Source of the DNA: the human T2T-CHM13v2.0 reference genome, Homo sapiens
Length of the DNA: 64,000 nucleotides
Assembly: GCF_009914755.1 (NCBI RefSeq)
Contig: NC_060947.1
Direction: 5' to 3' (one strand)
Numbering within the stretch: the stretch's first letter is position 1; the number at the start of each line of letters is the position of its first letter. This document shows, in pieces, positions 38,248 to 50,173 of the stretch. A program made the position numbers and the translations under genes. Under the pieces are notes generated by a model, which worked only from the letters and a program-made list of their open reading frames with translations, had not been told where the DNA came from and did not search any database.

Positions 38248-39122
38248 TTGCGATAATAATCAGAAGATAGAGAAGGAAGTGAGGACTAGATGATAGTGGA
38301 AGATAAGGTCTGAGAGATGGGCTGTACCCAGAATGAGTCAAACTAATGTATTTGGATATATCCTGTGAGCAATGGAAAACTATTAACAATTTTTCAGTAA
38401 GAGAGAACATTCCACATGAAACAGAATTGCTACATTAATAAACCTTAGTTGATACTAAACATAATTTATTGGACATTTTCCAAGTGTGTTACTAAGTAAT
38501 GGGGAACCTGAAAGTACAGCAAAATGTAATAAAAGAAAATGAAAAATTCTTAGGTGTTGATTACTTTCTCTGTACAAAGGGGCTTTGTGCTCCAGAAATA
38601 CATGAATAGACCAAATTACTTTGAACTATGATTATAACCAAACCATAAAAAGGAAACTTGTGTTCCCGAAGCCTGGGACCACTTATTTTACAAAATGCAA
38701 CACTTACCTCTATAAGAAGCTAATTTTCTAACATGAAACAGGAAAACTACTCGGTATGTCAGAAAAAGTGTGGTCGTTTTTTATTTGTTTATTATTAAAT
38801 ATTCCCTACTATGTGTCAAACGCTGAATAGGTTATTTAAAAGGAAATATTAAAGTCGAATATTGAAATCACTTTCTGAGTTTTTAATCTCTCTTTTCTGT
38901 ACATATAAACAGAAGAGTTACCTACAACATTAAATCTTTGAGATCTAAAAAGCAAGTTATAAATGACAGTCAAGTAGAAACTCTGTTAAACTTTTTAAAT
39001 GACTATCTAAAACATTCTGAAAGAAATTATTTTGATGTGAATAACACAGAAGGTTAGAGTTCAGTCTATACTTGATTAACAATGTTACAATTCAATTTTA
39101 ATTTAACATTTATTGCCTAGAT

Positions 39123-39440
39123 CAGGGGCCAGCAGATTTTACCGTAAAGAGCAAGATAGTAATTATTTTAGGCTTTGCAAGCCAGATGGTTTCTGTTGCA
39201 ATTACTCAACCCTGCATTGCGGTACAAAAGCAGCCATAGATATTACACAAATAATGGGTATGTCTGTGTCCCAATAAAACTTTATGGACACTGAAGTTTG
39301 ATTTTCATATAATTCTCATGTGTCACAAAATATTCTTGGTTTTTTTTGTTTTTTTTTTCCAACCATTAAAAAAATGTAAAAACCATTGCTAGTTCACAAG
39401 CAGGCTGTATAAAAACAGGTAATGGACGAATTTGGCCCAA
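39123..39440. mobile_element. MER58B (hAT-Charlie)
   Basis: caggggccagcagattttaccgtaaagagcaagatagtaattattttaggctttgc...ccaataaaactttatggacactgaa. Confidence 0.85.
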
Positions 39441-39448
39441 GAAATTGG

Positions 39449-40296
39449 TGTCTCAATTTTTTCCCCAAAGCAGGGCTGAGGCAAGGGCTTGGGTACAGAC
39501 AGTTTATTTGGGAGGCAGCCCCAGGAAGCAAGAGTGAGGTAACATGGAGAGAGAAAAGGAAAGAAAGAGATATCAAGAAAGAGAAAAAAACCAACAAAGT
39601 ATGTGTTGCTGAGTTGGTTACTGCAGGCAGTTGGGCTCTATCCCACTAGAGACTCTCTGAGAAACTGGTAGCATATGCTGTAGGCTGAGCGTGGTGGCTC
39701 ATGCCTGTAATCCCAAAACTTTGGGAGGCTCAGGTGGGCGGATCACTTGAGGTCAGGAGTTCAAGACCAGCCTGACCAACATGATGAAACACCATGTCTA
39801 TTAAAAATACAAAAATTAGCCAAGTGTGGTGGTGGATGCCTATAATCCCAGCTAGCTACTTGGGAGGCTGAGGAACGAGAATCACTTGAACCCAGGAGGC
39901 AGAGGTTGCAGTGAGCCGAGATCACACCACTCTACTCCAGCCTGGGTGATGGAATGAGAGTCTGTCTCAAAAAATAAATAAATAATAAAATAAATATTTC
40001 TTTTAAAAAAAATAAAAGATGAATGTGCTTTAGAAATGCCTCTCTGAAGGATGAGAGGCAGAAGGCTAGAGTCATTATCTACTGAATACAGTCCCTTCAC
40101 TTCAGGTTCCCCCACCTGTGGGTCATTAAACCTCCCTCTGCTTTGGCAAAAGCCCCCAGGCAAAAAAGTAAAGAGGTGGTTCAAGAACTCAAGATGAGAT
40201 ACTGCTGGCCAGCTTGGGAACTTTCTACCAGAGCAGCATCCACCATCACAAGTGGGCCATGGGGATATGGCACAAGGAACAAAAAGTGTTTGCTAC
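39449..40296 (-). mobile_element. ERVL LTR (LTR33-like) split by an Alu
   Basis: aagcagggctgaggcaagggcttgggtacagacagtttatttgggagg...ccaggaagcaagagtgagg; ends tttgctaca. Confidence 0.7.
39683..39995 (+). mobile_element. AluS (Sx/Sz-like)
   Basis: Full dimer with (TAAA)n tail. Confidence 0.92.
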
Positions 40297-40959
40297 AGAG
40301 GGTAATACCATTTATTTCTGTAATATTCTATTTCTGTGGGAGCCTAAAATCACAGATTTGAGGAGATTAATATTCTAAAAGCAAGGTCACTCACAAGCTA
40401 TAAAGTTAAAAACTCAGAAGAAAGCCAATATCCTAGGGGCCTTATCCAACTGGCCACACACCCAGAAAGAAATGTTGGTCATGGATTGGAAAGCAAACTC
40501 CTGAAATCAAAACTTACAACTGCAGGTCTAAGTGGACCAATTTAGAATGTTTGTGAGCAGTTACTAAGTGTAGGTGAGTCTGTAGCTTTTTAGATAAGGT
40601 CACCAGCAGTGAAGAGGGCACTGTTCATGCAACAAAGGATGAGTCCTAACAACTCTTTCTGGAAGAAAGGGCATTAAGATAGACTCTTAGCCTGAGGTCT
40701 TAATCTATCACTCAGAAGAAAATGAGGAGAAATATCACTGTTTGTAATCAAGTTGGACAGGGGGACATTCAAAGATGGGGCAGAGCCCACCAGGAAAGAG
40801 AACTCACTCTCAGTGGGAGCTAGCACAAAAACCCAAAGGGAGGCAGAGTCAATATCTGTTGTTTTGTCTGCGGGATTTATTTACCTTTCTTGTAAAATGA
40901 AACTCATCAAGCCCTTAGGTATCCTCTTAGGACATCGTATCAACTAATAGTGGACAATG

Positions 40960-41290
40960 TTCAGCAGATGTTTCTGACTAGACCTCACCCCTCATTTTAA
41001 CACGAGACTCTGACCACTGTCAGTGTATCTTACTTTTCTGGCCACAGTGATTGGTTCAGGAATAATTTGTGACCCAGTCAGAACTATTAAGAGGTGATTA
41101 GTCTTTTTCTAGGGCTTCTTGGAGACAGGACAGTGTCCTTTCTTCCTAGGCCTAAATCCGAGAGGATATGAGGTATATTAAGGCTAGAGCCAGCACCTGA
41201 AGCTCAAATTGAAAGCCACAGGGAAGAAGGCAGAGCCAGGAGATGGTAAGAAGCTAGACTCAGAATCCAGCCATATTTATCTGGCCAAGA
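40960..41290 (+). mobile_element. Old MaLR LTR fragment (MLT1J/K-like)
   Basis: ctggccacagtgattggttcagg...gtgacccagtcaga...gaagaaggcagagcc. Confidence 0.55.
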
Positions 41291-41299
41291 TAGTATGGC

Positions 41300-41485
41300 A
41301 CATGCTTCTCAGACATTAATGTGCATACAGACCACCTTGGGCTCTTGATTAGTCGGGGGGTCTTCTTAAAATGCAGATTCTTATTCTAGCAGGTCTAGAA
41401 TGGAGCCTGAGATGCTGCATTTCTAACAGTCTCCTAAGGGGATGACCATGCTGCTGGTTTGCAGGCCATATTCTGAGTAGCAAGG
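41300..41485. mobile_element. MER5 (hAT-Charlie)
   Basis: ttaaaatgcagattcttattctagcaggtctagaatggagcctgagatgctgcatttctaaca. Confidence 0.8.
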
Positions 41486-41749
41486 AAGGAAAATGCACCG
41501 AACCTTATGTCCATAATCTGATACAGGAACCCAGCAGTTCAAATTAGGCAGGGCTGAAACAGCTAATTAAGTTGGATGGCTGCTCCTGATTGGCAGTGTG
41601 AAACCTAAAGCCTGGAGAACAAAAACCTCATATATCTAAATTTTCACCTCAAGGCACAGATTAAAATCAAAGATTTTCTATAACCATGCTTTAAAAAATA
41701 TTTTATCCCTTATAGCAAAAAGAATGAAATATCCAAAAATCTAACTCAG

Positions 41750-42260
41750 ACTTTGAATCTGATCGAATCCAAGTTTGCTTGCTGAATCACAGTATCAGTT
41801 GAATTCATAGCCCTGCTAGGTCTTTGATGTGAGCAAAGGCAGTGACCTGGAAAGAGTACAATCCCAGCAGTTTAAATGGAAATATCTGAAACACTCTGAG
41901 GAGTCCCCTAAATCCCCAACCTCCCAATGAAGCACTTCCCACAGCCTTCTGGGCCTGCAGAGCAGTTCTCCTATCCTTGCTTAAAGAAACTGTTACTTCC
42001 TGGCCTGATTATGCTGCCTTGCAGAACAAAGTAATTTGTACCCCACCAGTTATTGTTGCTCAGTCAATAACCATAATCAGATTCTAGCATGCCTGGAAAG
42101 GGTTTGAGTGTGGAATCAAACTAGGGAAGAGAAGGCTTATACAATGGAGGCTTTAAGATAGAAAATTGGGGATATTTCTGGGAACAGATCTTAAGGATGT
42201 TGAACCCAAAAGGTAAGAATATATAAAAAGAATGGAATTCACAATAAAACAACACATATT
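41750..42260 (+). mobile_element. ERVL-class internal (gag-like) remnant
   Basis: agggaagagaaggcttatac...ggggatatttctgggaacagatcttaaggatgttgaaccc resembles ERVL/HERV16 gag; highly degenerate. Confidence 0.45.
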
Positions 42261-42462
42261 TCAATATGAAAAGGTTCAAGCCTGACTACAAGAAAAGACA
42301 GGAGTGTTTGGATGCTTGCCCCATTACCTTGAATGCAACAGCTATAAATGCCAAGGAATGCAAATGTGCCTTGTTAGCAATACATGTCTGTATTAATTAT
42401 TCGTTTCCCATTGTTGCTGTAACAAATTACTACAAACTCAGTGGCTTTTTAAAACAATGCAA

Positions 42463-42760
42463 GGCCAGGCGCGGTGGCTCATGCCTGTAATCCCAGCACT
42501 TTGGGAGGCCGAGGCAGGCGGATCACCTGAGGTCAGGAGCTCGAGACCAGCCTGGCCAACATGGTGAAACCCCATCTCTACTAAAAATACAAAAATTAGC
42601 TGGGCATGGTGGTGGGCGCCTGTAGTCTCAGTTACTTGGGAGGCTGAGACAGGAGAATTGCTTGAACCTGGAAGGCGGAGGTTGCGGTGAGCAGAGATCA
42701 CGCCATTGCCCTCCAGCCTGGGCAACAAGAAGCGAAACTCAGTCTCAAAAAAGAAAAAGA
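42463..42760 (+). mobile_element. AluSq/Sp-like
   Basis: Full dimer; gatcacctgaggtcagg; gggcaacaagaagcgaaactc. Confidence 0.92.
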
Positions 42761-43055
42761 TATATCAAATGTATTCTCCTACATTTCTGGAGGTCAGAAG
42801 TCTGACACAGGTCTCACTGGGCTACAGTCAAGGTGTTGGCAGGGCAGAGCAGAGCTGCATTCCTTTCTGGAGGTCCTAGAGGATAATTCATTCCCTTGCC
42901 TTTTCCAGCTTCCAGAGGCCACCTGGATTCCTCAGCTCATGACTCCTTCCCTTCTCCCATCTCCAAAACCAGCAATCATATCACCCCAACCTCTGCTTCT
43001 GTCCTCTCATCTTCTTCTCTGAATTTCCTGCCTCCTTCTTAGTAAGATCTTTGTG

Positions 43056-43718
43056 CTGGCAAGGTTGCAGAGAAATAGGAACACTTTTACACTGTTGGTG
43101 AGAATGTAAATTAGTTCAACCATTGTGGAAAATGGTGTGGTGATTACTCAAAGATTTAGAACCAGAAATACCATTTGACCCAGAAATCCCATTACTGGGT
43201 ATGTACCCAAAGGTATATAAATCATTCTACCATAAAGACACATGCACGCATATGTTCACTGCAGCACTATTCACAATAGCAAAGACATAGAAGCAACCCA
43301 AATGCCATCAATGATAGACTGGATAAAGAAAATGTGGTACATATATACCATGGAATACTATGCAGCCATATAAAGAAACAAGATCATGTCCTTTGCAGGG
43401 ACATGAATGGAGCTGGAAGTCACTTATCCTTAGCAAATTAACACAGGAACAGAAAACCAAACAGCGCATGTTCTCACTTATAAGTGGGAGCTTAACAATG
43501 AGAACACATGGACACAGGGAGGGGAACAACACACACTGGGGCCTACTGTGGGGTGGGGCAAAGGATAAGGAGAGCATTAGGAAGAATAGCTCATGCATGC
43601 TGGGTTTAATACCTAGGTGATGGGTTGTAAGTGCAGCACACCACCATGGCACACGTTTACCTATGTAACAAACCTGTGCATCCTGCATATGTACCCCAGA
43701 ACTTAGAATAAGAATAAA
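43056..43718 (+). mobile_element. 5'-truncated L1PA (about L1PA8-11) 3' end
   Basis: ORF2 C-terminus and 3'UTR; degenerate TSD aagatctttgtg / aagaatcttgtg. Confidence 0.9.
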
Positions 43719-43861
43719 AAGAATCTTGTGATAACAGTGGGCCCACCTAGATAATCCAGGAAAACCTTTCCATCTCCAGATTGTTAATCACGTCTAGAAA
43801 GTCCCTTTTGCCGGGTAAGGTAACATATGCACAGGTTCTTGGGATTAGGAATATAATTAAC

Positions 43862-44465
43862 ACTGGGTTTTCTAGCCTTACAGTATATCCATGCTAGAGT
43901 GCCCATTTCTTTGAGCTTTCTGACCTCTTCTTACACCACCTGCTATGGCAATTCTGCCATTTTTACTTGACTTGGTGCAGGTAACTGCTTTCTCCAAGCT
44001 TCCATGAGCCAACCTAATTGTGTATCAGCATACTCTCCTTGCATTCTTACCGAGTGTTAAATCCTGCATCAGAGGAGGATGCACCTAAGTCAATACACTC
44101 CCTTTGATCCAACTTTTGCTCTTTCCTTGATCCAGTGTCCTCAAAATCCAGTAGCACAATCCTCCTCTGGTTCCCAACAGCAGCATATGTTGACCAGATC
44201 TGGCAGCAACTTTGGGGTATAGTCCCCCTTTCTCTTGGGAGGCCAGCACTTCCCTGGCAGGCTTATATTGTGATGGGACCCTCGTTTATCTGGCTGCAGG
44301 AGATGAAAGCTTCCCATCACAGTTCTAACAATCACAGGACTACAGTACGCCAGATGCTGTCTGACCTTTACCTCCCCCAAGTGATGGGGTCCTGATTGCT
44401 GGCAAGCTGGTGGGTGATTCCATTTTAGAGTGTGCTTTCTCAGACCACTCCGGGTACCAAACCTC
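43862..44465 (-). mobile_element. ERVL (HERV16/ERV3-16A3-like) internal region: PBS and deleted gag
   Basis: Reverse strand tttggtacccggagtggtctgag (ERVL-type PBS region), then ggatttaacactc...ggctcatggaagcttggagaaagc...ggcagaattgcc. Confidence 0.7.
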
Positions 44466-44469
44466 ATGG

Positions 44470-44876
44470 CTACAGGAGTGCTCTTGGGAATGCCTAGAAA
44501 AGTCTGAGTAAACAGTTGAGCAGAGAGAGAAGTTAACTGCAGAGAGAAGTTAACTGCAATGTCTTCACCACCATGGCCTCAGCTGAGCCCAGGTGGAGCA
44601 CTCTGGAGCTCAGATGGTCCTTTCAGTTGTCCTGCCTTGAAGCAAGGGGGCTGGGCCTTTATACTCCTACATCAACTAGTCAAAGGCTGTGGCTTTCTCT
44701 GGGGAAATCAGGTGTGATGCACCAGGCAGGTAGCTCTCTTCAGCCAAAGGGAATTCCCAAAGAGGAACTCTGCTGAGAGCTGTCAGCCAGCAGCACCCAG
44801 CAGATGGGGGAGGAGGGGAGATAGGCGCTTCAGTCCTAAATGAAAACCCGGATTATTCACAGCATCATCTATTATA
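44470..44876 (-). mobile_element. LTR16C-like LTR
   Basis: ggcctcagctgagccc...ctctggagctcagatggtcctttcagttgtcc...gagctgtcagccagcagcacc; carries a 17-bp tandem duplication at 44524-44557. Confidence 0.75.
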
Positions 44877-45799
44877 AGGGCAATGGTTAAAAGTTGAAAA
44901 AAGCCTTGTCTCAGCACCTTAAATATGCTGAGAGGACTCTTCCTGACCCCTAGATGAGGACTGTGGCATAGTGGACCCATTATCTAAAAGTGGTGGGGGT
45001 CTGACACTTCTCTTTATCATTGCTTGCCAAGAATGGAACCTGACATATGAATGAACGCCCCAAAAGGAAATAAAACATTTTTAACCCTCTATTTGTGCTA
45101 ATGCCTATCCTTTCAGTGTCTCTTGGCCTGCATGACAAGGGAAGGAAGCTGAGGAAAAGTGCACTTAAAAGAAAATTTTCCATGTCTGCAATAAGAAAGT
45201 GAGGAGAAGGAGCCTCATAATTAGTAGGCAAGAAGCAGATTGGGGTAAAATTGTCCAAGAGGTAGCAAAATCATCTCTATCAGGCCTCCATTAATGTTGA
45301 GAAGTTCAATACCACCTGAGAACACTATGGTATCAGCCTTGCTCTGGCTGCCACCTCCATAGTACCAATGTCTCCAGGTTTATGACATAACACCAGAAGA
45401 ATCTGTCTATAATCCAATAATAATATATTTCATAGACCATGGATTTAGAGCTCAGTGAGTCAAACGAAGTGAAATGTCAGAATGCAAAAACTTTCCAGTG
45501 AAGAAAATGGGTCAAAGGCAAAATGAAGACCATGACTCTGAGAAAAGTTAATTTTTATATGGCCTCAGTCACTACATGGTGAATTTCTTTAGAGAACAAG
45601 CCTCACTTAGGGTAGGGGGTTGCTGAGGGGGAGCCAGAGAAATAGACATGAAGAAGTGAGAGGGAGGAAAATTTCCATTTTCCTCATTGATTAAAGTCTG
45701 TCATCAATGCCCCTTGGGATTCATTCAATTCTTGCCATCCTTATGAAAAGTCATTTAAAACATATATGAAACAAAAAGAACAAAGAAAAAAAAGCACAT

Positions 45800-46228
45800 A
45801 TAAGTGAAATAAGCCAGGCACAGAAAGACAACTACCACATGATCTCACTTACACATGGAATCTTAAGTCGAACTCATACAGAGTAGAATGGTAGTTGCCA
45901 GGGGATGAGGGTGGGGGTGTGGAAAAAGGGGAAACATGAGGGTGGGGATGTGGAAAAAGGGTCAAAGGGTTCCAATTTTCAGTTAGAAGGAATACGACTT
46001 AGTGATCTATTGCAAAATATGATGACCAGAATTAATGTATTGTATATTTCAAAATTACTAGAAAAGAAGACTTTAAATGTTTTCACCACAAAAAATAAGT
46101 AGGTAAAGTGTTGGATATGTTAATTAGCTTGATTTAATCTTTCTATAACGTATAAATAGATCAAAACATCACATTGTCCCCCCTAAATATTTACAATTAT
46201 TATTTGTCAATTTAAATAAATAAATAAA
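45800..46228 (+). mobile_element. L1MA 3' end
   Basis: taagtgaaataagccaggcacagaaagacaactaccacatgatctcact...aaacatcacattgtcccc. Confidence 0.85.
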
Positions 46229-46411
46229 GGCAAACCTAAATCTATAAATTAAAAATAAAAAAGTTAATTTGTTAGTTTTTTATGAACCTAGTATAAATAA
46301 CAGAAAGGAACAATGAAACAGACGTGACTTAGACAAGGGAACTAAGGAGAAAACCAGAAGACAAGACAAAAATAGTAATAATAATAAATAACTCTAATTT
46401 TTAAAAATAGA

Positions 46412-46439
<28 letters not shown>
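46412..46439. repeat. (AT)n microsatellite
   Basis: Seen directly. Confidence 0.95.
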
Positions 46440-46442
<3 letters not shown>

Positions 46443-46663
46443 TGATTATAAAACTGAGATCCAGTGAGAAAAGTATGGTATGACTAAATAAAACTTCAAC
46501 CTTTTTAGGTAAAAGCTGCAGTTAAAAATTAGCAAAAAGAAAAGGAGAAATCTGGCTAGACTGTGTCAGAGGAAAGTGCTAGGACAAGTCCCGGGGCTGG
46601 AGCTGCATTCTACTCAGGCAGCTGTAGAAATGTGCCCGAGAGGGACTGAGATTCCAGGAAGCC

Positions 46664-47148
46664 TGTATTGTGACCAGGCTGGAAAGCAGACACTATATGA
46701 AGTATTTTAATGGAAAGGATTTAATGCAGAGAATTGAACTGTTTGTTGCCAGAGAACTGAAAAGAAAAACAGGAGAAACTGACGCAGTTACCCACTACTA
46801 CATAAGAGGTTAAGGTTATTGGAATCTAAAGGTTTAGAGGAGCCCTGTGGAATACGGACTCAGACATCCAAGGTAGGGGCACTGCCCAGCCTGGTCATGG
46901 TATCTCTGAGGGATACAACGACGCTAGTTCTGGGAATGTAGCAATACTGGAACCAACTGCAACTATCAGGGTGAAGAACCATTGCTGTCCTGATACTGAC
47001 TGATGGGACCAGAGTTGGACAGAAAGGAGCAGGTCCCTTCTCCTCCTTCTAACCTTGACATCTCTCTCTAGGGTTCCCTATAGGCAGAGCCTAACACGGC
47101 ATCAGCTGGCAAAGGTTTGCAAAATCCCAGCCTCAGCATGATAAAGCA
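46664..47148 (-). mobile_element. Ancient LTR-like element (family uncertain)
   Basis: tgtattg start; ggatttaatgcagagaattg; ggcagagcctaacacggcatcagctggcaaagg resembles old mammalian LTRs. Confidence 0.4.
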
Positions 47149-47317
47149 CAGTGCTGTCCATTCTGGTTGCCACTAGCCACAAGTAGCTATTTGACTTTCA
47201 ATTTAAACACATGGAAATTGAATAAAACAAAAAATTTAGTTCCTCAGTTGCATTAGCCACATTTGAAGGGCTCAAGAGCCACATGTGGCCAGTGGCTACC
47301 ATATTAGAAAGCACAGC
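47149..47317. mobile_element. MER3/MER33 (hAT-Charlie)
   Basis: gtgctgtcca...ccactagccaca...cattagccacatttgaagggctcaagagccacatgtggccagtggctacc. Confidence 0.85.
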
Positions 47318-47499
47318 TGTAGGGAATAGAGTGGCCCTAAATCACATAAGAAGGAACTCAGATCATCTTGGAAATTTTCACCTTCTATGTTGTATCTGCA
47401 GACCCAGGGAAACCATCCCTACCCCAGCAAAGGTGATCTTTCTTCAAACAAATAACAGTATCATGTCATTAAAAAAGAACTTTTCTTCAATATGATGAT

Positions 47500-47730
47500 G
47501 GTAGTGATGGTGGCAATATTTATTTCAGTATGTACATTTAGAGTCAGGTCCTATCCTATGTAAAACACTTTGATTTCATTATCTTATTTAATACCACAAC
47601 ACTATAAGCTCAGTACTTTTTCTTATCCCATCTTACTGATGTAAAACCTGAAAATTAGAGGGGGTAAGGAACTTGTCAAAGCCAAACAGTGAACTCTAGT
47701 GCCCTTGACTTAACTGCTGGGGTATATTGT
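47500..47730 (-). mobile_element. MIR SINE
   Basis: tttcattatcttatttaatacc...cccatcttactgatgtaaaacctgaaa...taaggaacttgtcaaa. Confidence 0.6.
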
Positions 47731-47849
47731 CTCAGGTTGTCAAAGGGACCCCATGCTTTCACAAGGAAGAGATTTTATTTGCCTGCCATTATTCAGTAGA
47801 ATGTTATTTTCTCAGAAAGAATAAATTGGACAAAGAAAGCCAACAATTA

Positions 47850-47992
47850 GGCCAGTACGGTGGCTCACACCTGTAATCCCAGCACTTTGAGGGGCCAAGG
47901 CAGGAGAACTGCTTAAGACTAGGAGTTTAAGACCAGCCTGGCAACATAGCAAGACCTCCCTCTACAAAAAATAATAAAAATAATAACAAATT
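47850..47992 (+). mobile_element. FLAM_C/Alu left monomer
   Basis: Single monomer with A-rich tail; TSD aagaaa(a)gccaacaatta at 47833-47849 and 47993-48010. Confidence 0.9.
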
Positions 47993-48544
47993 AAGAAAAG
48001 CCAACAATTAATGACACTTAATAATATAAGAATTATAACAATGAAAGTAATTTCAGTTTAATAAAATTGACTCCCAACAGACAACCCAGCAGGGAGGAAT
48101 AAGGGTTGTCTTTCTGCTTTTATGATGAGTCGTCATGCTCCCTCACACTCAGTGTTTGGAAATGGCTTGGATTAAGTCCTTCACCTTTCAGTTTATGATG
48201 TTTGCAAGATGACTGCTTATTATATGAGTGATGATTAGAGCTCCTTGTGCCATTTTCTGTAGCATTGACACTGCAGTTATTTATGTCATGCTAATCAGAG
48301 GTAACATGGTGAAGACATGGTAGGGTCAATCATTAGTCTGGTGATACTGGAATAGTTACTAAATTCCTCTAAGCCTCAGATTCCTTACATTGTAGGGATA
48401 TCATGAGGATTAGATTAGATCAAGAATATATGTAAACAATCTAAAACATTCTTTGACAGGTAGAATTGTGCTATTATTAATGCATATTAAGTGACAATCT
48501 AATAGATGGAATAGGAGACAGAAACAATTATTTCTTATAAGAAT

Positions 48545-48680
48545 GTATGCATTCCTCTGTTCACTCAACAAATGCTTACTGAATGCCTGCTATGTGGCAG
48601 GTACTATTCTAGGTTCTTGGGATATACCAGTGAATACAGCAGACCAAAATCCCTGCCATTATGGAGCTAACATTGTATCT
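48545..48680 (-). mobile_element. L2 3' end
   Basis: ttcactcaacaaatgcttactgaatgcctgctatgtggcaggtactattctagg...atggagctaacatt. Confidence 0.8.
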
Positions 48681-49239
48681 ATTTAGGACTCATTCTATGA
48701 AAGACATAACCCCATTTGTCACAAATATAAATGGGAATCTTCCCTGTCCTTAAGAAATTTATATTCCATTACCTTGAAAGCTTGTAAAACACCCTCTGAA
48801 AGGAACAACAAATATTTCATTGTTAACTAATGAAATATTCCTGGCAACAGGAATTAAGTGTGTGGTGGGAAAAATGCTAATTTAGAGATCAGAGAATCTA
48901 GGTTCTAGCCACATCTCTGTGTTTAACTTCTTGTAATTATCAATTTATACTCTCTGAGCTTCAGTTTTCTCACCTGCCAATATGGGAGTAGAATCTCAAC
49001 AGCATTTTCAGTGATAGTTATATTTTTTATATGTCTACTATAATCATGCTAGCAAGACAGGTTAAATTTATGGAGACTAGAAAAATATACTTTCTCATAT
49101 TTCATATCATAACTTCAGGTACTACTATCATGTTGAGATGCAGCCTTATGGGCGATCACATAGTTGTCCTACTGAATTGAGATGCAACCTTATGGAGGGA
49201 GGATCAGTTAGTTTTCCTGCTGAAAAACAAAGGCAGACT

Positions 49240-50173
49240 GTTTAGAGTGTTGCAAAAGCAGAGTCTGAAACAAGGAAATAATCCCACAAGAGTGTTGGTC
49301 ATTTGATTGAGTAGGGATCCCAAGAAGTTGTACTAAGAGAAAAGGACCAGTGAGATAGAGGAGAAAGCCAAAATTGGGATGGTTAGTGGGGTGGGGGTTG
49401 TAGCAATTAGGACTCAGTCGCACCAGGACTTCTGAGAAAAGACAGAATACCTCCTAGAATTGCCCAACCAAAGGAGAAGAGGCTAGTACATTCTCCACTG
49501 GATCCCATCCCTGATTAATTGAGGTTTATCCCCCAAAATGCCAACAACCTCACTTTCTAAGGCCAACTGGTCCCCACAGCTTTAGCTTTGAGAAGACCAT
49601 GAGAAAAAAAAAAGCAAGGCGTGAATTTAAGGTATGACACTGTTATGTGTTGAAGTATGTCTCCTCAAACTTCAAATGTTGAAACCTAATCCTATCTCAG
49701 AATGTGACCATATTTGAAAACAGGGTCTTTACAGAAGTAATCAAGTTAAAAATGAGGTCATTATGGTTGGTCCTAATCCAATATGACTGGTGTCCTTATA
49801 AAAGAGGAAAATTTGGATGCACGCATGTACACAAGGAGAATGTCATGTGAAGATTGGAGTTATGCTGCCACAACCCAAGGAACTAGAAATTGGGAGAGAG
49901 GACTAGAACAGACCCTTCCCTAGCACCTCTGGAGGGAGTGCAGGCTGCTGACACCTTGATCTTGGATGTCCAGCTTCCAGACTGGTGATGATAAATTGCT
50001 GCTGAGTAAGTCACTCCGTTTGTGGTACTTTGTAACAACAGCTCTAGCAAACTAATACAGACACTGCTGTGTGAAATCTGAGCATGGGAAGAACTGAGCA
50101 ACACAGCTATGGCTGATATTACAGGCAGGCAAGGGAGGTGACACTGACACAAGCACTAAAGACATCTGCTACA
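49240..50173 (-). mobile_element. LTR33-like ERVL LTR split by MLT1B
   Basis: aaagcagagtctgaaacaagga...gatcccaagaag...; ends gacatctgctaca. Confidence 0.55.
49641..50059 (+). mobile_element. MLT1B solo LTR
   Basis: tgttatg...actaataca termini; perfect 5-bp TSD gacac at 49636-49640 and 50060-50064. Confidence 0.9.

Larger units (their letters stand above)
42389..43856 (-). mobile_element. MLT1D-like LTR split by an Alu and an L1PA fragment
   Basis: gctgtaacaaattactacaaactcagtggctt...ggtctcactgggctacagtcaaggtgttggcaggg...gggcccacctagataatccagg. Confidence 0.8.

Noticed and set aside
45905-45961. 26-bp G-rich duplication (atgagggtggggRtgtggaaaaaggg)
   Set aside because: Simple local duplication in the variable G-rich part of an L1MA 3'UTR
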